From positions 70,620 to 134,619 of IMG/VR virus record IMGVR_UViG_3300009514_000005: a stretch of 64,000 bases of DNA, one strand, 5' to 3'. Shown here piece after piece: positions 29,510 to 37,005 of this stretch (positions are counted from its first letter, which is position 1; each line of letters opens with the position of its first letter). Origin of the DNA: a virus. The position numbers and the translations under genes were made by a program. The notes under the pieces are model-generated. The model had not been told where the DNA came from. It saw only the letters and a program-made list of their open reading frames with translations, and did not search any database.

Positions 29510-29926
29510 TTATCCCTCCGCCCATCTAGCCATTCGTTCTTTCCCGATAGCTCTTAATCTGTACTGATCCCTCAGGTATCCTATCGTAATGACATCCAAC
29601 ATTTTTTGTTCTGAGCTATCCCATAAAACCAAGCTCATATGCCAAGTATCAGTGATTACATAGCTTTTCAAAAGATAACTTTTCCCTTTGATCTTGATAC
29701 GGTACCGGAGCATTGTCCCGCTAGCACTTCTTCTTCTCGTTGGAGATCCAGCTTTTACCTTAACGCTTTTTAAAATCTGTTGAACAATTTGTTTTGCCTT
29801 CGCCTCCGGAGAATCAGCTTGGCCCTTTATCTTTGCCTTTTTGACAGGAGCACCACCAGATACAGGAAGCCCTAATCCTTTCAGGAATTTATTTAGTCCA
29901 GCAAAACGCTCTAAAATTTGGTCCAT
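29510..29926 (-). CDS. Basic hypothetical protein
   Basis: 138-aa K/R-rich ORF in the operon. Confidence 0.6.
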   Translation of the reverse strand: MDQILERFAGLNKFLKGLGLPVSGGAPVKKAKIKGQADSPEAKAKQIVQQILKSVKVKAGSPTRRRSASGTMLRYRIKIKGKSYLLKSYVITDTWHMSLVLWDSSEQKMLDVITIGYLRDQYRLRAIGKERMARWAEG

Positions 29927-29929
29927 ATC

Positions 29930-30442
29930 TTAATTTACCATCAGTTCAATTGGAAATCCAAAGTTGTCTACCCCATGATCCAAAGAATAATAATCCACAT
30001 CTTCCTTGATCGAACCAATAAAATATTCATCTTCCTCTTTGGATATAAGGCCCATTTTTTCAATTTCTTTTTTAAATTTTGGCTGTAAATTCTGAGGCAA
30101 ATCGTTGGTCGGAAACCATCCATAATCTTGATGCTCTGGACTTAAATCCGGAACAAAGCTATTTGTTTCTTCCACCGGAACATCGAATATAAACATTGTG
30201 TAGACATCATTAGAGACGCTCTCACCAGTGTTTTCCGATTTCGGAAGAGACCCTATCTCTTCCTCCGTTTCTCTTTTGGCGGCATCCAGCGGGTCTTCTC
30301 CGTCCTCTATATGACCACCAGGAATCCCCCATGTGCTTGGAAAGGTTTCCTCATCATCACTTTTTTTAATAAGAAAAATATCATCACCAGACTTAAAAAG
30401 AATCCCGGCAGCAATCTTATCTGTACCTTCAAAAATTAACAT
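29930..30442 (-). CDS. Nudix hydrolase
   Basis: Nudix box GHIEDGEDPLDAAKRETEEEIG; downstream EHQDYGWF. Confidence 0.92.
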   Translation of the reverse strand: MLIFEGTDKIAAGILFKSGDDIFLIKKSDDEETFPSTWGIPGGHIEDGEDPLDAAKRETEEEIGSLPKSENTGESVSNDVYTMFIFDVPVEETNSFVPDLSPEHQDYGWFPTNDLPQNLQPKFKKEIEKMGLISKEEDEYFIGSIKEDVDYYSLDHGVDNFGFPIELMVN

Positions 30443-31428
30443 TATTCCTTAGATTTTGTTGAAAGCTTTTGATGGGCTATCGATGCATCGCGATAATAAT
30501 TCATTGTTTTTTCTGGAACTCCGGTTCCATCTAAATCATCCCATTGTTTTTTCTGGGCATGAGAAGCATCGATATGATCCTGTCTTGTGAAATCTCTATG
30601 AGCAGGATTGGCCACATAAAGCCAAATATCTTTTCCGCTTCTTGTTTTTCCAATCACTCGATCAGGGCCAATGTCTCCAGTTGCCTTGGGACTCTTGCTG
30701 GCTGGCTCCTCTTTCTCGTCAATCGATTCCTTCGCTTCTTTGCCTTTAATTCTTTGAACAACTTGTTCTAGCTGACTCAAAACATCTGGTTCGACCTTTC
30801 CAAATAAATCCTCAACATCCTGCAAAAGACCAAGAGCATGTTTGGCTTTATCTTTTTTCATCTGTACGTCATCGCCTTCTTCGATGGATTCGTCCCCAGC
30901 ATCCTCAGGGCCAAGATCCATTTTGTCTATAGCGTTATAAGCAGAGTCATAAGGAGACTCAAAACTAGGCCCACTAGAAGAACTCACCCCACGCTCTTTC
31001 ATAAACTTCGCAGTCTCTGGATCATCTTCAGGAGAAACCCCGTGGCCGACAGCCACCATTGCAAGATTGTAGGCGGCATTTTCATCAAATTCAACAAGCT
31101 CTGCTACTGTTAATTTTCCGGCCCAATGCTCATTGTATGCCTTCACAATTTCGTAACCAAGCCTTGAATCAACAAAGGTATCAATATCAAAACCTTTTTC
31201 ACTGATAAAATCCGGAACAGTTTGAGTAAGTTCCCCATGGATTTCACCTTCAAGATCCGGGTAGTCTGATTCAATGGTACTAGCAAAAGCATCGATAAAA
31301 AGAATCCAGGCCATGTAGTCTCGGTAATCTTCTCCATCAATCTCAGGAGGATTTTCTTCGTCTTCCCTGATGATGCCTTCACAGATAAAAGCATCATAAA
31401 AACCATCGATTGATTTTTTCAAATCCAT
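30442..31428 (-). CDS. Acidic modular head-associated protein (328 aa)
   Basis: Modules bounded by FICE/GIIRE/D, SIEE/GD and SIDE/K. Confidence 0.65.
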   Translation of the reverse strand: MDLKKSIDGFYDAFICEGIIREDEENPPEIDGEDYRDYMAWILFIDAFASTIESDYPDLEGEIHGELTQTVPDFISEKGFDIDTFVDSRLGYEIVKAYNEHWAGKLTVAELVEFDENAAYNLAMVAVGHGVSPEDDPETAKFMKERGVSSSSGPSFESPYDSAYNAIDKMDLGPEDAGDESIEEGDDVQMKKDKAKHALGLLQDVEDLFGKVEPDVLSQLEQVVQRIKGKEAKESIDEKEEPASKSPKATGDIGPDRVIGKTRSGKDIWLYVANPAHRDFTRQDHIDASHAQKKQWDDLDGTGVPEKTMNYYRDASIAHQKLSTKSKE

Positions 31429-31432
31429 ATCA

Positions 31433-32176
31433 TCACCCCGCTATAAATCCATCCGGCCCTTGAGAGGCGTAGATTTCTTTCTCCAAAAGCTCTATCTCAG
31501 CTTTGGCTTCCTCTAATAAAGTTTTTCCATCTAACGTAATTGTACCACCGGCTGCTGGCATAGAATCATATTTCGATCTAATCCGGCCAACAATAGTGTG
31601 ACATTTTGCATGAAGATATCTAGCGAAAAGCTCCTCGTCTCTTCCTCCTAAATCCTGAACATCAAAAGTATTTAACTTTGCCTGAACCAAAATAGTTCCA
31701 GAAACACCGCCAGCTCTTCTTGTAATGTGTAAAATTCTAGTTTGCTGCTCGTAAAACCAATCAGGCTCTACGGAAAAGACCCGCTTTCTCTTTTCGTTGA
31801 ACTCTAATAACTGAGCGAATCCAGAATAATTAGTAAGACCAGCGCCTATTTGTCCTACGTTTTGAGGGCCATAAGGAATCACATCGAAAAAACCTAAGCT
31901 AAAAAAAGCCGCAACGTCATCAGGAATCTGAAAGATAACATCCAAAACATTAACCACGTCATCGTCTTGAGGATAAACAGTAGTGTTTGCGTCATAGGTT
32001 ATGGGACGGAAAATAGTATAACCCTTTTTGGCGGAAAACCATCGCTTGGTTTGATCTACTGCGACATCATATTGCTCATCTGTTAACTCAACCTGTACGA
32101 TGGCACCTGAATCACTAATGGATCCGCCAAGGGTAAGCACCACTTCTTCCTTGAGTGCATTTATGCTTTTTCCCAT
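31433..32176 (-). CDS. Head-tail adaptor / neck protein (T4 gp13-like)
   Basis: LTLGG...VQVELTDEQYDVAV; GRIRSKYDSMPAAGGTITLDGKTLLEEAKAEIELLE. Confidence 0.85.
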   Translation of the reverse strand: MGKSINALKEEVVLTLGGSISDSGAIVQVELTDEQYDVAVDQTKRWFSAKKGYTIFRPITYDANTTVYPQDDDVVNVLDVIFQIPDDVAAFFSLGFFDVIPYGPQNVGQIGAGLTNYSGFAQLLEFNEKRKRVFSVEPDWFYEQQTRILHITRRAGGVSGTILVQAKLNTFDVQDLGGRDEELFARYLHAKCHTIVGRIRSKYDSMPAAGGTITLDGKTLLEEAKAEIELLEKEIYASQGPDGFIAG

Positions 32177-32213
32177 AAGCCTTCCTTAATGCTTAATAAG
32201 GATTATTTTCTTC

Positions 32214-32612
32214 TTACTCTTCTTCTTCTTTTTCTTTTTCTTTTTCTTTTTCTTTTTCCGGGTCTAGATTCATCTCTTTAGCCTCATCTTTTGGCTCTTC
32301 TTTTTCCTCTTCGCCCTCTTTAGGTTCTTCTTTTTTATCGTCACCCTTTTCCATCTCGCGATAGACATCACCAAGCTTATCGGCAAGATCAGAGGCATCG
32401 CGAAGATTAGTGGCAAGTTTTTCAAGCATATCAGAAGCGCTCATCTTCTCGCCCTCGTCACCTTCTTTATCATCCTTGCCGCCCTCGTCACCAAGATCAC
32501 CAAGATCCAATCCAGGCATAGCCTGCGAAAGCTCATTGCTGGCCTCGTCTTCAACAAATCTTTCCTCAAGCTCTTGGCTTTCTTTTAATAATTCATCGAT
32601 CTTTTCCATCAA
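32214..32612 (-). CDS. Acidic hypothetical protein (possible scaffold/core component)
   Basis: E/K-rich low-complexity ORF right after the capsid gene; LLKE/S site. Confidence 0.6.
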   Translation of the reverse strand: MMEKIDELLKESQELEERFVEDEASNELSQAMPGLDLGDLGDEGGKDDKEGDEGEKMSASDMLEKLATNLRDASDLADKLGDVYREMEKGDDKKEEPKEGEEEKEEPKDEAKEMNLDPEKEKEKEKEKEEEE

Positions 32613-32654
32613 AATGCTCCTTTAAGAAATTTGATTCCCTTTAATGATCATACC

Positions 32655-32694
32655 AAAAAAAACTGGGCAAGCACATTAAAGCACTTGCCCAGTT
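32655..32694 (-). terminator. Rho-independent terminator after the major capsid gene
   Basis: 11-bp stem AACTGGGCAAG / CTTGCCCAGTT followed by a T-run on the minus strand, ~25 nt after the MCP stop. Confidence 0.85.
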
Positions 32695-32719
32695 AAAATT
32701 CCATTCAAGAATCCAGTTA

Positions 32720-34228
32720 TTAAGCTGGCAACCCGAATGCAAACTCCTTAGGATCAGAAACGTGATCCGGACCAAAAGTCCCTGGAGTTAAAGTTGTAAG
32801 ATTTGTGGTTTTAAGAAGCCCGTAAAACTCAGGTCTGGCCAAAAGTTTTGCGTAACGAGTTCTCAATCCTTTCCTAAATTTAAAATCGTTTGGATCAAGG
32901 AATGTTGCGGTGACCTGAAGAGGAACGTACGGGGCCCATACATACCCTGCGTCAATGAAGTTGTTTCCACGATATCCGATGATTGCCTGCTCTGCTTGAA
33001 GATACGGATCTTTGTAAGCAATATATCTTTGTTGCAGTGTTCCCATCTTCATCATGCCCCAAGTTTGAGGAGATTCAGCAGCGCTTCTCGCGTCTGCGTT
33101 TCCGGCAAAGATTGGTCTAAAGTCACCATGGGTTCCCAATTGCTCAACTTGAGCCGCAAGATCGTAACTCATCACAATCCAGTTTGCTGGACCCCTCAAG
33201 GTATTCTTTCCAATCTGGTTAGAGATCAGAGTGATCGGAGTTAGAATTGATCGGATATGCTCAATATCGTTCAATCCAGAAGGAACCGTGAAATCGAAAG
33301 TGGTTGTTGCTCCAGTGTTTCCAACCCTTAAGTCTTCGATGATCTCTCGATCGATTTCTAAGGCCAGTTCACTTCCGATACCAGCAACTAATTCCTGCTC
33401 TGCGTCCACCCCGTGAAGAGCTTTCAAGTCATCGGCTGACTCGGTTGACCACAATGCTTTAATCTTTCTGGTTCGAGCTACCACCGCCACAAGAGCAATG
33501 TCGATATTTACTGTTGGAACCTTGGTATTACACTCGTTGTTATACTCATAAGTAATTACCTGGTCCACGCCACTTCCTGGAGCCACTGAATAAGTCACAC
33601 TGATTTCACCAGTGGTATAGTTAATGGTTCCAGCAGAGATTCCAACTCCGGTGATGTTTCCAGCACCATCATCCACTCCACTTACAGCTCCAGTCAATAA
33701 AGACAAACTGTTCTTTCTAACGGGGTTCCACTTAAGAGTTCCAGCAAGAGTAACCGCGATACCGTTACCAGTTGCAGAAGCTTCACCGTCAATAAACTCG
33801 CTAGAGTAATTTCGGTTAAAATCCTTTACCAGTTTATCGCCTTCAGTCACAGCACCCTTGGTATCGCCATACTTTAACTCAAAGTAAAAAATGGCTCCAA
33901 CCGGGGCAGACATTGGCTGAACAGAAACAATCTCTGGGGCAATCAAAGACGGCCAAACCCTTCGAAGAAGAGGAAAGGTATATTTAATAAATGGGGCAGT
34001 GTTAGTGGTGGCTGTTGCCTCGCCAAGAACATGCTTTTCCTTGAATTGCTTTAACTCAGAGAGCTGATTCTCGTAGAGCTGAGATAGACAATATTTTTGG
34101 TAGGAATTTTGGACCTTGCCAGGAATCCATTTATTCCATCGCTCAATAAGAGCTTTTCGCTGAGGGTTACGGACAAAATTGTCCCCATTCAGCTCTCCCC
34201 GCATTTCTTGGAGTTTTCTTTGTTCCAT
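32720..34228 (-). CDS. Major capsid protein (T4 gp23-like)
   Basis: LYENQ...LGE/AT, FPLLRRVWPSLIAPEIVSVQPMSAPVGAIFY, ARTRKIKALWS.E.ADDLKALHGVDAEQEL..LALEIDREII, YVWAPYVPL, GLRTRYAK. Confidence 0.96.
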   Translation of the reverse strand: MEQRKLQEMRGELNGDNFVRNPQRKALIERWNKWIPGKVQNSYQKYCLSQLYENQLSELKQFKEKHVLGEATATTNTAPFIKYTFPLLRRVWPSLIAPEIVSVQPMSAPVGAIFYFELKYGDTKGAVTEGDKLVKDFNRNYSSEFIDGEASATGNGIAVTLAGTLKWNPVRKNSLSLLTGAVSGVDDGAGNITGVGISAGTINYTTGEISVTYSVAPGSGVDQVITYEYNNECNTKVPTVNIDIALVAVVARTRKIKALWSTESADDLKALHGVDAEQELVAGIGSELALEIDREIIEDLRVGNTGATTTFDFTVPSGLNDIEHIRSILTPITLISNQIGKNTLRGPANWIVMSYDLAAQVEQLGTHGDFRPIFAGNADARSAAESPQTWGMMKMGTLQQRYIAYKDPYLQAEQAIIGYRGNNFIDAGYVWAPYVPLQVTATFLDPNDFKFRKGLRTRYAKLLARPEFYGLLKTTNLTTLTPGTFGPDHVSDPKEFAFGLPA

Positions 34229-34261
34229 TTTTTCCCTCTCCTTGGTCTAGTGGAATTCTAT

Positions 34262-35851
34262 TTAAACATTTGAAATTTGCTCGATGTCTTCATAACTCAT
34301 CCCGAATTCCTGAAGCTCACCTTCTAATCCTTCTGTTACCATCTCCCCGCTTGATTGAGTCCTCTTTCGAGTTCCAGTTTCATTAACATGGTCCTCAACT
34401 AAAGATGGATTCTTTTCTGCTCCGCGTTTTAATCTTTCTTGAATTAAATTATATTCCTTTGTTTTCTTCGCATCAACCTTAAACTTTTCAACTATTTGGT
34501 CAATCTCTTTTTTAGAGGTCGATTCAACACATATTTGTCTGATCTTTGGTCCGTTAGGATTATTGGCAATCTTCTTTTCAAGATAAAGCTGTAACCCATA
34601 ATTCTTCGCAAGCTGCATAGATTCAGTGAGGGCTTCATCCCGCTTTTTGATCTGATCTTCAAGCTGTTTAATCTTCTTATCAAGGGCTTCTGTGATTTTT
34701 TTACTCTCTCGCTCTTTAGCTTTTTCTTCAGCGATCTGATCAGCAATATGTGACTTGGCTTTCACTACGGCTTCCTTCAAACTGTCTTGAGTCTCATATT
34801 GCTTGATGTCTCCGATCAACTTAAGGATATGATCTTTATGAGAATCCTCAAAAATTTCTTTACTCAAGGTTACGCGCATTCCCATTCTCTGAGCGATCGC
34901 AGCAATTTTTTCAGCCTTTTCTTCAACAACCTTGATTTCCGCATCTTTCTTTTCCAGCGACTCTTTAAGAGAAGCGATTTCATCATCACGCTTCTTGATC
35001 TCGACATCAACGTCTTCCGGAAGAACAAATGGTCTCATAAGGGTTTTCACCTGATCAAGAACACCCCTTGCTCCAGCCACCTCAGGATCACTAAGAAGCT
35101 TATTTTTAGCTTCTTCCATAAACTTTTCCTTGGCCTCTTCGATTTTCTTAGGAAGCTCTTCAGCGAACTTTTTAGTGAGTTCAACCTTCTGCTCTTCTAG
35201 TTTGGTCTGAAGAACGCTCTCAGTTAAAGTTGCCTTGTTTTCATTATTGGTTTCCATTACGGTCTCCTTGGGTGATTCATCTTTAATTACTTCTAGATCT
35301 TTGTGGTGATTGCCTTCGCTAAAAAATTCAGGATAACTTGATTGTACGGCAGGATCAGCCACAAAATCATGAGTCATGTATTGATAATCATCTTGCACTT
35401 CTTCAATTCCATCACTATTTTGAGCCGTTGATCCCATGCCACGACTTGAGATACCGATGGCTCCACCACCCTGCAAAATACTTTTAAGCTGTTTTCCATG
35501 TTCATTGTCTAAAATTTTGGCTTCACCAATAATTTGGCCATCAGGAGTAATTTCCAAACATGTGATGATATGGCTAACTCGCGCAAGTGATGTCTTGCCA
35601 TCTGCAGGGTGGTCAAGATGACCCAAAACCTTCCCAACCTTAATGGCCTCTTGAATTTTATTAATTTCTCTTTCCCAAAGGGCTCTCGGATAAACTCTTT
35701 TATTTTCAGTTGGCACATCGCAGCGGCCAAATTCACCTCGGGCCATGAAGCTTCCGTCTTTACTCTCCTGGATAGTAAGCTTGATAAGCGTGGCATCAGT
35801 GAGGGTTCTTGCGCTTTTTTTGAATCCTGATTCGCTTAATTTCTCAGCCAT
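34262..35851 (-). CDS. Prohead protease (T4 gp21-like) fused to a coiled-coil scaffold
   Basis: ENKRVYP, LGHLDHP, VSHII, IGISSRGMGS, DFVADPA, then ~330 aa of E/K coiled coil; ATG 35851 preferred. Confidence 0.92.
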   Translation of the reverse strand: MAEKLSESGFKKSARTLTDATLIKLTIQESKDGSFMARGEFGRCDVPTENKRVYPRALWEREINKIQEAIKVGKVLGHLDHPADGKTSLARVSHIITCLEITPDGQIIGEAKILDNEHGKQLKSILQGGGAIGISSRGMGSTAQNSDGIEEVQDDYQYMTHDFVADPAVQSSYPEFFSEGNHHKDLEVIKDESPKETVMETNNENKATLTESVLQTKLEEQKVELTKKFAEELPKKIEEAKEKFMEEAKNKLLSDPEVAGARGVLDQVKTLMRPFVLPEDVDVEIKKRDDEIASLKESLEKKDAEIKVVEEKAEKIAAIAQRMGMRVTLSKEIFEDSHKDHILKLIGDIKQYETQDSLKEAVVKAKSHIADQIAEEKAKERESKKITEALDKKIKQLEDQIKKRDEALTESMQLAKNYGLQLYLEKKIANNPNGPKIRQICVESTSKKEIDQIVEKFKVDAKKTKEYNLIQERLKRGAEKNPSLVEDHVNETGTRKRTQSSGEMVTEGLEGELQEFGMSYEDIEQISNV

Positions 35852-35882
35852 TCCGTCAGCCTTTTGCTCCAATCAATTGGAG

Positions 35883-36074
35883 CTATTTTTTAAACCAGTA
35901 AGTAAAACCTGGAATAACGCTCTTCTTTTTCTTGATAAGCTTGCTCTTTATTTTACTATCACCAATCTTATCGTAAAGGTTTTTGTGTAGTTTCTCAAGA
36001 TGACCGCCTAATTCTTTAGGATCTTTCATACCTTTGTAGCTTTTAGTTGTCTTTTGTTTTCTAGGTTCAGCCAT
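35883..36074 (-). CDS. Small basic hypothetical protein
   Basis: ATG immediately after the upstream stop; K-rich. Confidence 0.45.
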   Translation of the reverse strand: MAEPRKQKTTKSYKGMKDPKELGGHLEKLHKNLYDKIGDSKIKSKLIKKKKSVIPGFTYWFKK

Positions 36075-36075
36075 A

Positions 36076-36696
36076 TTAATTATGTCTATATGCGACAATT
36101 TCAGTCGATCCGTAACCAAGCTTTTCTCTTAATGATTCAGAAATAGTAGTCTCTATCTCCTCACCATCATAACTTCCAAAGTGCTCTTCTGGAACATCAA
36201 GATAAAGATCCAGCCATTTAGAAAGGCTAGTCACTTTAGTCGTTCCAGGACCAGCAGATTGGCCAAGAGCCCAATTAACCAAAGCCTCATCTCCAACCAT
36301 TACTCTGAATTCCTCTGGATCATTTTGGACCATTTCTAACCAGTATTGACGGGCAGCCTTACCGGCGTCTTCACGATTTTCAGCCACATAATAATCGGCA
36401 CCATCGATTTCAACCATGTACATATTTTCGGAAAGATTATCAAAACCTTTGATCTCTTCTTTTTTCCCATCAATCTCAATCCAATCTACGTCAGACCCCT
36501 CTTCTTCCTCATCCTGCTCGGTGAGTTTTTTTGTCTCATGGACACTCTTCATTAAGACCCCAGCCAGATCATTAAAGCCTGGATATTGCTTAGTAAACCC
36601 CTTGGCAATCTCTTCCATATCTTCTTTTTTGAGGTCACCTTTATGCTCATCCAGTTGAGAGTGAAATTTATCAATGATTGATTCTAATTTTTCCAT
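36076..36696 (-). CDS. Acidic head-region protein (206 aa)
   Basis: N-terminal helix, KLTE/QD site, then an acidic domain ending HFGSYDGEEIE. Confidence 0.65.
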   Translation of the reverse strand: MEKLESIIDKFHSQLDEHKGDLKKEDMEEIAKGFTKQYPGFNDLAGVLMKSVHETKKLTEQDEEEEGSDVDWIEIDGKKEEIKGFDNLSENMYMVEIDGADYYVAENREDAGKAARQYWLEMVQNDPEEFRVMVGDEALVNWALGQSAGPGTTKVTSLSKWLDLYLDVPEEHFGSYDGEEIETTISESLREKLGYGSTEIVAYRHN

Positions 36697-37005
36697 TTAT
36701 TCATCCTCCGGAAGAACATCCCTAAATTTGTCCACGTATGTAATAATCTTATCCTTTTCAGCAAGTTCTTGCTTCTGAAATTCACTCCACTTACTAATTT
36801 CTTCTTCAGCGGAATAGATCTCTCTCTTTTTTTCTCTAGTACGATTCTTCAGGCAACGATACGCGGCTTGTTGGCTTTTGTGAAGATGGGGACAGAATTT
36901 AGTGCGATAATTTCCATTCCCGTCACTCATGACGAGCCCAGTTATTCCGGCCCCATACTCCTGGCCACGATCTCCCAAATCCTGCATCGCTAAAGATTCT
37001 TTCAT
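36697..37005 (-). CDS. Hypothetical protein
   Basis: 102-aa ORF coupled to its neighbours; CPHLHKSQQAAYRC. Confidence 0.55.
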   Translation of the reverse strand: MKESLAMQDLGDRGQEYGAGITGLVMSDGNGNYRTKFCPHLHKSQQAAYRCLKNRTREKKREIYSAEEEISKWSEFQKQELAEKDKIITYVDKFRDVLPEDE

